Notes: generated from the sequence alone by a model not told the origin. A DNA stretch of 12,053 bases from Octopus sinensis (GCF_006345805.1 NW_021826765.1:1-12053), one strand, 5' to 3'. Counted from the stretch's first letter, positions 1 to 7,324 are shown. Translations and numbers: made by a program.

Positions 1-186
1 TGGGGAAATTTCTGAGAAGATTTATGAAACTTTTGAAAGCCTTCTGATGCGTTCAACCATACGATTGCAAAGAAAGAAATTTTCTTCGCCACTGATGATA
101 CTTCAGAATAGAAGGGTGTCATTTCTGTAAAGCAATCGGCTTTGATAAACAGTTATTTCCAAGTGTGTGTATTTTACGTCTCTAAC

Positions 187-249
187 ATATTGGTTTCAAA
201 TTTTAGCACAAGTCCAGCAATACGGGGCAAGTCGATCACATCGATCCCC
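187..249 (-). mobile_element. Old SINE 3' fragment (family B-related, tail type GGCCTTGTGCCAAAATTTGAAACCAATA)
   Basis: Reverse complement reads GGGGATCGATGTGATCGACTT...TTGCTGGACTTGTGCTAAAATTTGAAACCAATAT. The first part matches GGGGTCGATATAATCGACTT of family B copies, and the same tail recurs at 943-990. Confidence 0.6.
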
Positions 250-269
250 TTGTCGACAACGAAAGAAAA

Positions 270-634
270 AGTACTTATTCTATCGAACCGCTAAGTTTAC
301 GGAGACGCAACACAGCAACAACGGTTGTCAAGCGGTGATGGGAGGACACAAACGCACATACACACACACATACACGACGAGCTTCTCTCAGCCTCTGTCT
401 GTCAAATCCACTCACAAGGGTTTGGTCGGCCCGAGGGAATAGACACTTGGCCAAGGTGCCACACAGTTGGATTGAACCTGGAACCATGTGGTTGGGCCAT
501 GTGTAGTATCCCGCATTCTTAACCATGAGCACTACTCCATATGCCCGTAAGCAATTATGGAGTTAATTTTAGCCCTAAAATTCACACACTCACACACACA
601 CTCACTATCTCTCTCTCTCTCACACACAAACACA

Positions 635-667
<33 letters not shown>

Positions 668-817
668 GTCTGTACGGTATTCCATAGAGTTTCCTTCTAC
701 CAAACTCACGTAGAAGGCAATAGTTGGCCCGGTGCTAAAGAGGAAGACACTTGCCCAAGATTCTATGTATTGGGGCTGAACCGCAAATCACGTGGTTGCG
801 AAGCGAGCTACTTAACC
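270..817 (-). mobile_element. Composite of two diverged family A-like tRNA-SINE monomers plus a (CA)n/(CT)n linker; left arm of inverted duplication
   Basis: Two B-box-like motifs on the minus strand (GGTTCAGCCCC, GGTTCAATCC), each followed by TTGG(G/C)CAAGTGTCT and TTTG(G/A)(T/C)AGA as in family A. 270-794 is the near reverse complement of 5264-5792. Confidence 0.8.
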
Positions 818-818
818 C

Positions 819-929
819 CGGTGGAATTTGAACTCAGAACGTGAAGACGGACGAAATGCCGCTAAACATTTTACCCGGAGTCCTAACGATTCTGCGAGCT
901 GACCGTTGTTTTCTGCCAGTTCGCTGCTT
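819..929 (-). mobile_element. Family B SINE 5' (tRNA-like head) fragment
   Basis: GGAATTTGAACTCAGAACG...GACGAAAT...CTAACGATTCTGC matches the head of the copies at 2951-3182 and 10582-10810. The extreme 5' end appears twice (TTCTGCGAGCTGACCG, TTCTGCCAGTTCGCTG). Confidence 0.8.
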
Positions 930-942
930 TTACATCTCTGAT

Positions 943-1040
943 ATATTGGCTTCAAATTTTGGCACAAGATCAGCAATTTTATGGGGCAGGGTGGACTTAA
1001 AGCGAAAGGGCGAAAGACAAAGTCGACCTCGGTAGCATTT
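943..1040 (-). mobile_element. Internally deleted family B-related SINE fragment
   Basis: Tail ATATTGGCTTCAAATTTTGGCACAAG (cf. 187-215) is joined to the central-domain piece CGAAAGGGCGAAAGACAAAGTCGACCTCGG. Confidence 0.65.
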
Positions 1041-1048
1041 CGTCCGTA

Positions 1049-1298
1049 AAGACGGACGAAATACCTATTTCTTTATTACCCACAAGGGGCTAAACATAGA
1101 GGGGACAAACAAGGACAGAAATAGGTATCAAGTCGATTACATTGACCCTAGTGCGTAACTGGTACTTAATTTATCGACCCCTAAAGGATGAAAGGCAAAG
1201 TCGACCTCGGCAGAATTGGAACTCTGAACTTAACGGCAGACGAAATACGGCTACGCATTTCGTCCAACGTGCTAACGATTCTGCCAACTCGCTGCCTT
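1049..1298 (-). mobile_element. Full-length family B tRNA-derived SINE
   Basis: Colinear with 2951-3182 and the reverse complement of 10582-10810. On the minus strand it has a head GGCAGCGAGTTGGCAGAATCGTTAG, a B-box-like GAGTTCCAATTC and a central GGTCGACTTTGCCTTTCATCCTTTAGGGGTCGATAAATTAAGTACCAG. Confidence 0.9.
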
Positions 1299-1586
1299 AC
1301 GTCTGATAAATTACTTTTAATTTATGTAAAGGATTTGTATCCGCTTTCATTGAAAAGCTTCATTGCCAGTTAGTACCGTTTCTTTTGAAGCATTTGTACA
1401 ATGATACGAAAGTTCAGTTCAGCCCTTTACTTCGACTGAGAATTTCAGCTTAAAATGGAGGACTCAAACGACGTCGTGAACGCCGTTGGCATTGATATCA
1501 AGTTAACGGAAAGCCTCGTTGTGCCACGGAATGGTAAAACAACTCGAGGTAGATTCCATCATGACAAACATAATTTAGTTGGAATA

Positions 1587-1950
1587 GGCGCAGGAGTGGC
1601 TGTGTGGTAAGTAGCTTCTCTACCAACCACATGGCTTCGGGTTCATTCCCACTCCGTGGCACCTTGGGCAAGTGTCTTCTACTATAACCTCGGATCGACC
1701 AAACCCTTGTGAGTGGATTTGGTAGACGGAAACTGAAAGAAGCCCGTCGTATATATGTATATATATGTGCGTATGTGTTTGTGTGTCTGTGTTTGTCTCC
1801 CTAGCATTGCTTAGCGGTTCGGTAAAAGACCCCGATAGAATAAGTACTGGGCTTACAAAAGAATAAGTCCCGGGGTCGAATTGCTCGATTAAAGGCGGTG
1901 CTCCAGCATGGCCGCAGTCAAATGACTGAAACAAGTAAGAGTAAAAGAGA
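1587..1950 (+). mobile_element. Family A tRNA-derived SINE with a 37-bp internal deletion
   Basis: A-box-like GTGGCTGTGTGGTAAG, B-box-like GGGTTCATTCCC, CCTTGGGCAAGTG, internal (TA)/(GT) tract and 3' tail GACTGAAACAAGTAAGAGTAAAAGAG. Matches the reverse complement of 2124-2539 and matches 11831-11990. Confidence 0.92.
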
Positions 1951-2002
1951 GTAGTGATAAAAATTATTCAAGAAATTTCTTCCTTTTTTTTTTTGTTTAT
2001 CT

Positions 2003-2057
2003 TTTTTCTCTTACTTGTTTCAGTCACGAGACTGCGACCATGCTGGAGCACCGCCTT
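2003..2057 (-). mobile_element. Family A SINE 3'-end fragment
   Basis: TTACTTGTTTCAGTCA...CCATGCTGGAGCACCGCCTT repeats 2137-2183. Confidence 0.85.
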
Positions 2058-2123
2058 GAGGAAATTTTACTCATTCCGGCAGCTCGTCTCCTTCGACGGA
2101 AGGTATAATAATGTAAAGCATTT

Positions 2124-2345
2124 CTCTTTCTCTCTTTTACTTGTTTCAGTCATTTGAGTGCGGCCATGCTGGAGCACCGCCTTTAGTCGAGCAAATCGAC
2201 CCCAGGACTTATTCTTTGCAAGCCCAGTACTTATCCTATCGATCTCTTTTGCCGAACCGCTAAGTGACGGGGACGTAAACACACCAGCATCGGTTGTCAA
2301 GCAATGCTAGAGGTACAAACACAGGCACACAAACATATACACACG

Positions 2346-2379
<34 letters not shown>

Positions 2380-2539
2380 CGACAAGCTTCTTTCAGTTTC
2401 CGTCTACCAAATCCACTCACAAGGCTTTGGTCGGCCCGAGGCTATAGCAGAAGATGCCCAAGATGTCACGCAGTGGGACTGAACCCGGAACCATGTGGTT
2501 GGTTAGCAAGCTGCTTACCACACAGCCACTCCTGTGCCT
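2124..2539 (-). mobile_element. Full-length family A tRNA-derived SINE
   Basis: Reverse complement starts AGGCACAGGAGTGGCTGTGTGGTAAGCAGCTTGCT...GGGTTCAGTCCC and ends AAATGACTGAAACAAGTAAAAGAGAG. Internal (TA)n at 2350-2378. Confidence 0.92.
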
Positions 2540-2595
2540 ATGATCTGATTTGATTCTTTCAACTTTTTGGCGATACTACCCGTGTTTGGGGCAAA

Positions 2596-2664
2596 ATAAC
2601 AAGAACAAAAAACCCGCTGCAACTACCACCGAGAACAACAACAAAGGCAGCAACAACAACAACA
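2596..2664. repeat. Degenerate (CAA)n low-complexity tract
   Basis: AACAACAACAAAGGCAGCAACAACAACAAC. Confidence 0.6.
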
Positions 2665-2819
2665 GAGAATGACGAAACTGAATGTAAATATGGAATTTAT
2701 TGCTTTTTTTTTCTTTTTGAAATAATACTGACATAATTTGATGTCGCTGAAATGTCAAAGCATCAGAAAAATAGCTGACTTCACGGCTAGAATTTGCCTG
2801 CAATTTACATATAAAAACA

Positions 2820-2922
2820 TGTGTGTTGGTGTGTGTGTGTGTGTGTGTGTGTGTTGTGTTTTGTGTTGTGTGTGTGTTTGTATGTATGTAAGTATACTCG
2901 TACACACACATATTGATATATA

Positions 2923-2952
<30 letters not shown>
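2820..2952. repeat. Compound (GT)n/(TA)n microsatellite
   Basis: Directly visible dinucleotide runs. Confidence 0.9.
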
Positions 2953-2956
<4 letters not shown>

Positions 2957-3182
2957 CTTACTACCCACAAGGGGCTAAACATAGAGGGGACAAACAAGGA
3001 CAGACAATCGAATTTAAGTCGATTATATCGACCCCAGTGCGAGACTGGTACTTAATTTATCGACCCCGAAAGGATGAAAGACAAAGTCGACCTCGGCAGA
3101 ATTTGAACTCAGAACGTAACGACAGACGAAATACCGCTAAGCATTTCGCCCGGCGTGCTAACGTTTCTGCCAGCTCGCCGCC
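2951..3182 (-). mobile_element. Full-length family B tRNA-derived SINE
   Basis: Reverse complement: GGCGGCGAGCTGGCAGAAACGTTAGCACGCCGGGCGAAATGC...GAGTTCAAATTC...GGTCGACTTTGTCTTTCATCCTTTCGGGGTCGATAAATTAAGTACCAG...CCCCTTGTGGGTAGTAAG. Inserted next to a (TA)n run. Confidence 0.92.
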
Positions 3183-3323
3183 CTTTATATATTGATGCTT
3201 GTTTTTCTGTAATAATAAAAATAATTTCACATTAAATTGAAGCATTATTTAATATATTTGATAGAATTAACAAGAATAGAATTGACAGTGACTTCAAAGT
3301 TTCACACATTTAAGTCGTCGTCG

Positions 3324-3395
3324 TCTCTCTCTCTCTCCCTCTCTCTCTCTCTCTCTCAGTCACTCACTCACTATCAGTTTCTCTCCCCATATATA

Positions 3396-3432
<37 letters not shown>

Positions 3433-3507
3433 TATTGTATTATATTGTGTATATATACAGAGAGAAACAGTGAAAGAGAGACATAGCATGTCAGAAATAT
3501 ATATATA
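3324..3507. repeat. (CT)n, (TA)n and GA-rich simple repeats
   Basis: Directly visible. Confidence 0.85.
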
Positions 3508-3553
3508 TACTCTTTTACTCTTTTACTTGTTTCAGTCATGTGACTGTGGCCAT
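3508..3553 (-). mobile_element. Family A SINE 3' tail fragment with (TACTCTTT)2
   Basis: TACTCTTTTACTCTTTTACTTGTTTCAGTCATGTGACTGTGGCCAT matches 2131-2168. Confidence 0.85.
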
Positions 3554-3563
3554 ATATATATAT

Positions 3564-4495
3564 ATATATTAATAAATGAAATAAAACATATGCATATATA
3601 TAAACATATATGTACGTACCTACCTCTACATGTATATATACACGCATATATGAGTACAGGACACCAAAGGGACGTCGAACACAAAGAGAAACGAAAACAT
3701 AGACACAAACCAAAGGAACTTGACATTTTTTTAAAACACAACAAAAAATGGAGTACCAGGACAATTAACAAAGAAAAAACCCCTTCTTCAGTCGCTATGG
3801 TTTCATCTACTCTACGTTTCGAAGGATAAAAGCGAGAACTTATATTCGACAAGAAACTTTCCTTCCTGCGAAAAGCAAATCAATTAAAATTCTGAGATCT
3901 TTTCGCAGAGGGGTAAAAAATGGTAAAAAAATGGTAAAAAAACAGGACAGTAACGACAGTACAAAAATTAAACAGTAAAAGAAAGGACAGGGAAAAACAA
4001 GATAAGAAGGGCTGTTGACGCCGAACGAAAAAAGTATTGCAAACGCAGAATTTTTTGTGAACGAACAGGGGAGCAGGAAGAATGTCGTCCAGTTACCTTG
4101 AAAGGCCAGGCCAGAAAGACAGTCAGAGCGGAAGTATCGTCGCGGGTGGACGACGGGAAGGGGGGAGGATGAGCAAGAGAAGGGAGAGAAGAGGGGAATG
4201 GCTGCGAGGAAACCATGAAGAATTGTGAGGGGGAGAGAGAGAGTGAAGAATGAGAGAGAGAGGAAAGAGACAATTAAGTAGAGGAAAAAGAAAAATCAAA
4301 GAATAGGGATGGGACAGAAAGGTGAAGAGTGCGCGTCAGAGTTAATATCAAGACCAAAACTTGATATACAGAACAATCTTACTTAAGGGGGTGCGTGCGT
4401 TTTGTCATATAATATATTAATAAATGAAATAAAACATATGCATATATATAAACATATATGTACGTACCTACCTCTACATGTACATATACACGCAT
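3564..4495. mobile_element. Non-coding element with 84-bp terminal direct repeats (848-bp period); Penelope-like pseudo-LTR/retrozyme-type candidate
   Basis: 3564-3647 and 4412-4495 are identical at 83/84 positions. The interior is strongly purine-skewed with no credible ORF. The repeat is seen directly; the class is inferred. Confidence 0.6.
3911..3940 (+). repeat. 10-bp tandem repeat (GGTAAAAAAT) x~3
   Basis: GGGTAAAAAATGGTAAAAAATGGTAAAAAA. Confidence 0.85.
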
Positions 4496-4958
4496 GTTGT
4501 GCAAGATTTTTTATGTGAAGTGGTGTGTTGAAACAGATATTGTTATATTTCGGAATTGTTATTTTGCCAGTTTAGCCAATACAAAATACATATTACATGA
4601 ACATATAGAATTACAAATTACATGAACATATATAAACAGAAGATACAAATATTACAGGCATCCCCCACATACACACACTAAATAAACATAAACGCACATA
4701 GAGATATAAGCATGCGCAAATGAAGACATACAATAGAAATACAAAATGGCTGACGGTTAGTAAGGAGAGACACAAATAAGTAAGAAGAAAACAAAGGACC
4801 ACTGATGCGGTCACAGGAGTGTGACGAAAGAACTCTGGCCGAAATAAGATTAAGATTAATGTAAAAATAAATAACACTGAAGCAAAGTAACACCAAATAT
4901 ATAGTGCGTGTGTTTTATTGGCTAACTGGCAAAATGACCATTCCGAAATATAACAAAT
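4496..4958. mobile_element. Repeat element with ~42-bp inverted segments (4540-4581 / 4916-4956) enclosing a hammerhead-like motif; Penelope-like candidate
   Basis: TTGTTATATTTCGGAATTGTTATTTTGCCAGTTTAGCCAATA versus reverse complement TTGTTATATTTCGGAATGGTCATTTTGCCAGTTAGCCAATA (2 substitutions, 1 indel). Confidence 0.55.
4796..4840 (+). ncRNA. Minimal type I hammerhead-ribozyme-like motif (variant core)
   Basis: GGACCA-CTGATGC-G-GTCAC-AGGAGT-GTGAC-GAAA-GAAC-TC-TGGCC. Stem II GTCAC/GTGAC is perfect, GAAA box is present, putative CUC cleavage triplet, stem I CCA/TGG. The core has C in place of the conserved A9. Confidence 0.45.
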
Positions 4959-5012
4959 ATATATATATATATATATATATTATATCTATATATATATATA
5001 TATATATAATAT

Positions 5013-5054
<42 letters not shown>

Positions 5055-5056
5055 TA
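4957..5056. repeat. (TA)n microsatellite
   Basis: Directly visible, about 100 bp, interrupted. Confidence 0.92.
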
Positions 5057-5261
5057 AAAGTTACCAAACATGAAACACAAAAAAAAAACACAACAACGCG
5101 TGGACGTGGAACAAATATAGTGTTATTGGACGCTCAGGAAAGAAGGAAAGAAGGAGGGTTTAACGTTTCGAGCGGAGCTCTTCGTCGGAAACATAGGAGA
5201 AGGAAAGATCCAGAGAAGGGAAGACAAAGGAAAAAATCGCCAGCGGTACACAATCGGTCAC
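5057..5261 (-). mobile_element. Penelope-like terminal-repeat fragment carrying a hammerhead-like motif
   Basis: Purine-skewed on the + strand, abuts (TA)n, and contains the GAAACGT-type minimal hammerhead signature typical of Penelope-like element termini. Class is inferred. Confidence 0.55.
5158..5192 (-). ncRNA. Minimal type I hammerhead-ribozyme-like motif (CCGACGA core)
   Basis: Minus strand GTTT-CCGACGA-A-GAGC-TCC-GCTC-GAAA-CG-TT-AAAC. Stem I GTTT/AAAC and stem II GAGC/GCTC are perfect, stem III is the palindrome AACGTT, putative GUU triplet. U4 is replaced by C. Confidence 0.6.
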
Positions 5262-5263
5262 GG

Positions 5264-5410
5264 CACGTGATTTGGGGTTCAGCCCCAATGCATGGAATCT
5301 TTGGCAAGTGTCTTCCTCTTTAGCACCGGGCCAACTATTGCCTTCTACGTGAATTTGGTAGACGGAAACTCTATGGAATACCGTATAGACGTGTGTGTGT
5401 GTTTGTGTGT

Positions 5411-5445
<35 letters not shown>

Positions 5446-5870
5446 TGAGTGTGTGAATTTTAGGGCTAAATTTCGCTCCATAATTGCTTACGGGTATATG
5501 ACGTAGTGCTCATTGTTAAGAGTGCAGGATACTACACATGGCCCAACCACATGGTTCCAGGTTCAATCCCACTATGTGGCACCTTGGCCAAGTGTCTATT
5601 GCGTCGGACCGACCAAACCCTTGTGAGTAAATTTGACAGACAGAAGCTGAGAGAAGCTCGTTGTGTGTGTGTATGTGTGTGTGTGTGGGTGTGGGTGTGT
5701 GTATGTGCGTTGGTGTCCACCCATCACCGCTTGACAACCATTGTTGCTGTGTTGCGTCTCCGTAAACTTAGCGGTTCGATAGAATAAGTACTAGGCGCGA
5801 TTTGTCCAACTAAATGTCCTTCGCGACAGTGCTCCAGCACAGCATTGCTCCACAATCGAATTCCATAAAA
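5264..5870 (+). mobile_element. Composite of two diverged family A-like SINE monomers; right arm of inverted duplication (5264-5792) plus degenerate tail
   Basis: Near reverse complement of 270-794. Continues into GTGCTCCAGCA (5829-5839), which resembles the family A 3' region. Confidence 0.8.
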
Positions 5871-5909
5871 GAGAATTCTGTGAAATCACATAAAAGAGAG
5901 TTCTGTCAA
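5864..5909 (+). repeat. Tandem duplication, 25-bp period
   Basis: CATAAAAGAGAATTCTGTGAA (5864-5884) versus CATAAAAGAGAGTTCTGTCAA (5889-5909). Confidence 0.8.
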
Positions 5910-6125
5910 GAACTTCTTAAGAAATATTAATATTTCATATGCCATTTCTTATTTCCATATAAGGATGTGTATTAAATTGGGAAAAATTGCTGGAAATCAT
6001 TTTATTATTTTGGTTATTCTTATTGAAATAACCGCTTCCTGCAATTTTCTGTTACAATTTTTGTCAGTTTGATATTGTCATATTAAACGCTAATACAAGC
6101 AGCAAATTAACACTTGATATAAAAG

Positions 6126-6153
6126 TATTATTATTATAATTATTATTATTATT

Positions 6154-6186
<33 letters not shown>

Positions 6187-6670
6187 ATTAATAATAATAA
6201 TAATGATAATAATGATAATAATAATAATAATAACAATAATAATAATAATAATAATAATAATGATAATAATAATAATAAAATAATAATGATAATAATAATA
6301 ATAATGGTAATGGTAATGATAATAATAATAATAATAATAATGATAATAATAATATTAATGATAATAATAATGATAATAATAATAATAATGATAATGGTAG
6401 TAATAGATAATAGAATAATAATATAATAATTATAATAATAATAATAACAATGATAATGGTAATGATAATAATAATAATAATATATAATAATGATGATAAT
6501 GATGATGATAATAATAATTATGATGATAATAAATATAATAATAATAATATAAGAAATAATATAATAATAATATAATAATAATAATAATAAGGATAATGAT
6601 GACAATAATAATAATAATAATAATAATATATAATAATATAATAATAATAATAATAATAATGGTGATGATA
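6126..6670. repeat. Compound trinucleotide microsatellite (TTA)n(GTT)n then interrupted (AAT)n
   Basis: Directly visible, about 545 bp, with GAT/GGT/AAC interruptions. Confidence 0.95.
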
Positions 6671-7240
6671 AAAACACAACATACACTTAAGAATATACGC
6701 CATTGTCAAACAGAAACTCCTAAAATACTCAGCTATCATAAGAATCAATTGCTATTTTCAATATTTATATCTAAATGTTTAGTCTGCTTTTTTCCTTCCT
6801 GTTAAATGATATCTTTGTCATGTTCATTTACATTTCTTAACAGGACATTTGTATTGAAGAATGATACTGGGTTTCACTTTCATTCTTTTCCTCGCCTCCC
6901 CCACCCCTTGAGTTGCGTTGAGATGTTATATAAATATTCATTTATGCTGTAAATTTTATGTTTTGGTGACGCCATAAGAATTCTCGTTTTTAATTATTCA
7001 AAATAAAAGAAAAGAAAAAGAAAGACAATTACATCGGACTAAACAAATCTTTATTCGACAATAAGTTGTATTTTCCTCGGAACAGTTGATTAACACTGGG
7101 TTTTTAATTAGAAAGAATAATAACCGAGTCAATAGTACTTCATAATTGTCTTCGTTCAATATTATACTTTTATGAATGTACAGAAGTTGGTCTCTCAGCT
7201 AGATCGATAGGGATTCGATCATCCGTACTCCAAAGACATT

Positions 7241-7280
7241 TACGTGAATTTTGGTAGAAGGAAGCACTATGGGAACCCGT
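7241..7280 (+). mobile_element. Old family A-like SINE fragment
   Basis: TACGTGAATTTTGGTAGAAGGAAGCACTATGGGAACCCGT resembles 5346-5384 (TACGTGAATTTGGTAGACGGAAACTCTATGGAATACCGT). Confidence 0.55.
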
Positions 7281-7324
7281 CAGAGGAATTGTTCAGGTTC
7301 TTTCTTATATTATTTATTTGTTTC

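Noticed and set aside
1-130. Possible exon end at the window start
   Set aside because: Only short frames of about 40 codons on either strand, with no recognisable homology.
275-532. Apparent paralogous 85/93-aa ORFs (275-532 and 5506-5787)
   Set aside because: Similarity comes from the duplicated SINE composite; both use non-ATG starts and include (GT)n-derived CV repeats.
1587-1670. tRNA genes at the SINE heads (also 7655-7730 and 10582-10670)
   Set aside because: A and B boxes are present but there is no clean cloverleaf, and each continues into a SINE body.
3781-3826. Third hammerhead: minus strand CCTTCGAAACGTAG...CTGAAGAAGGG
   Set aside because: Both core boxes occur in type II order, but I could not build a convincing stem I. 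Worth rechecking on a family consensus.
4143-4200. G-quadruplex or triplex potential in the purine-rich tract
   Set aside because: G-runs are irregular and reflect the element's strand skew; no independent support.
270-5792. Single DNA transposon with long TIRs
   Set aside because: No TSD, no transposase, and the arms are SINE-derived and truncated at different ends.
6090-6805. 198-aa and overlapping I/L/Y-rich ORFs
   Set aside because: Translations of the (AAT)n microsatellite.
6825-6870. Acceptor-like TTTCTTAACAG at 6833-6843
   Set aside because: No good donor follows and such motifs are common in AT-rich DNA.
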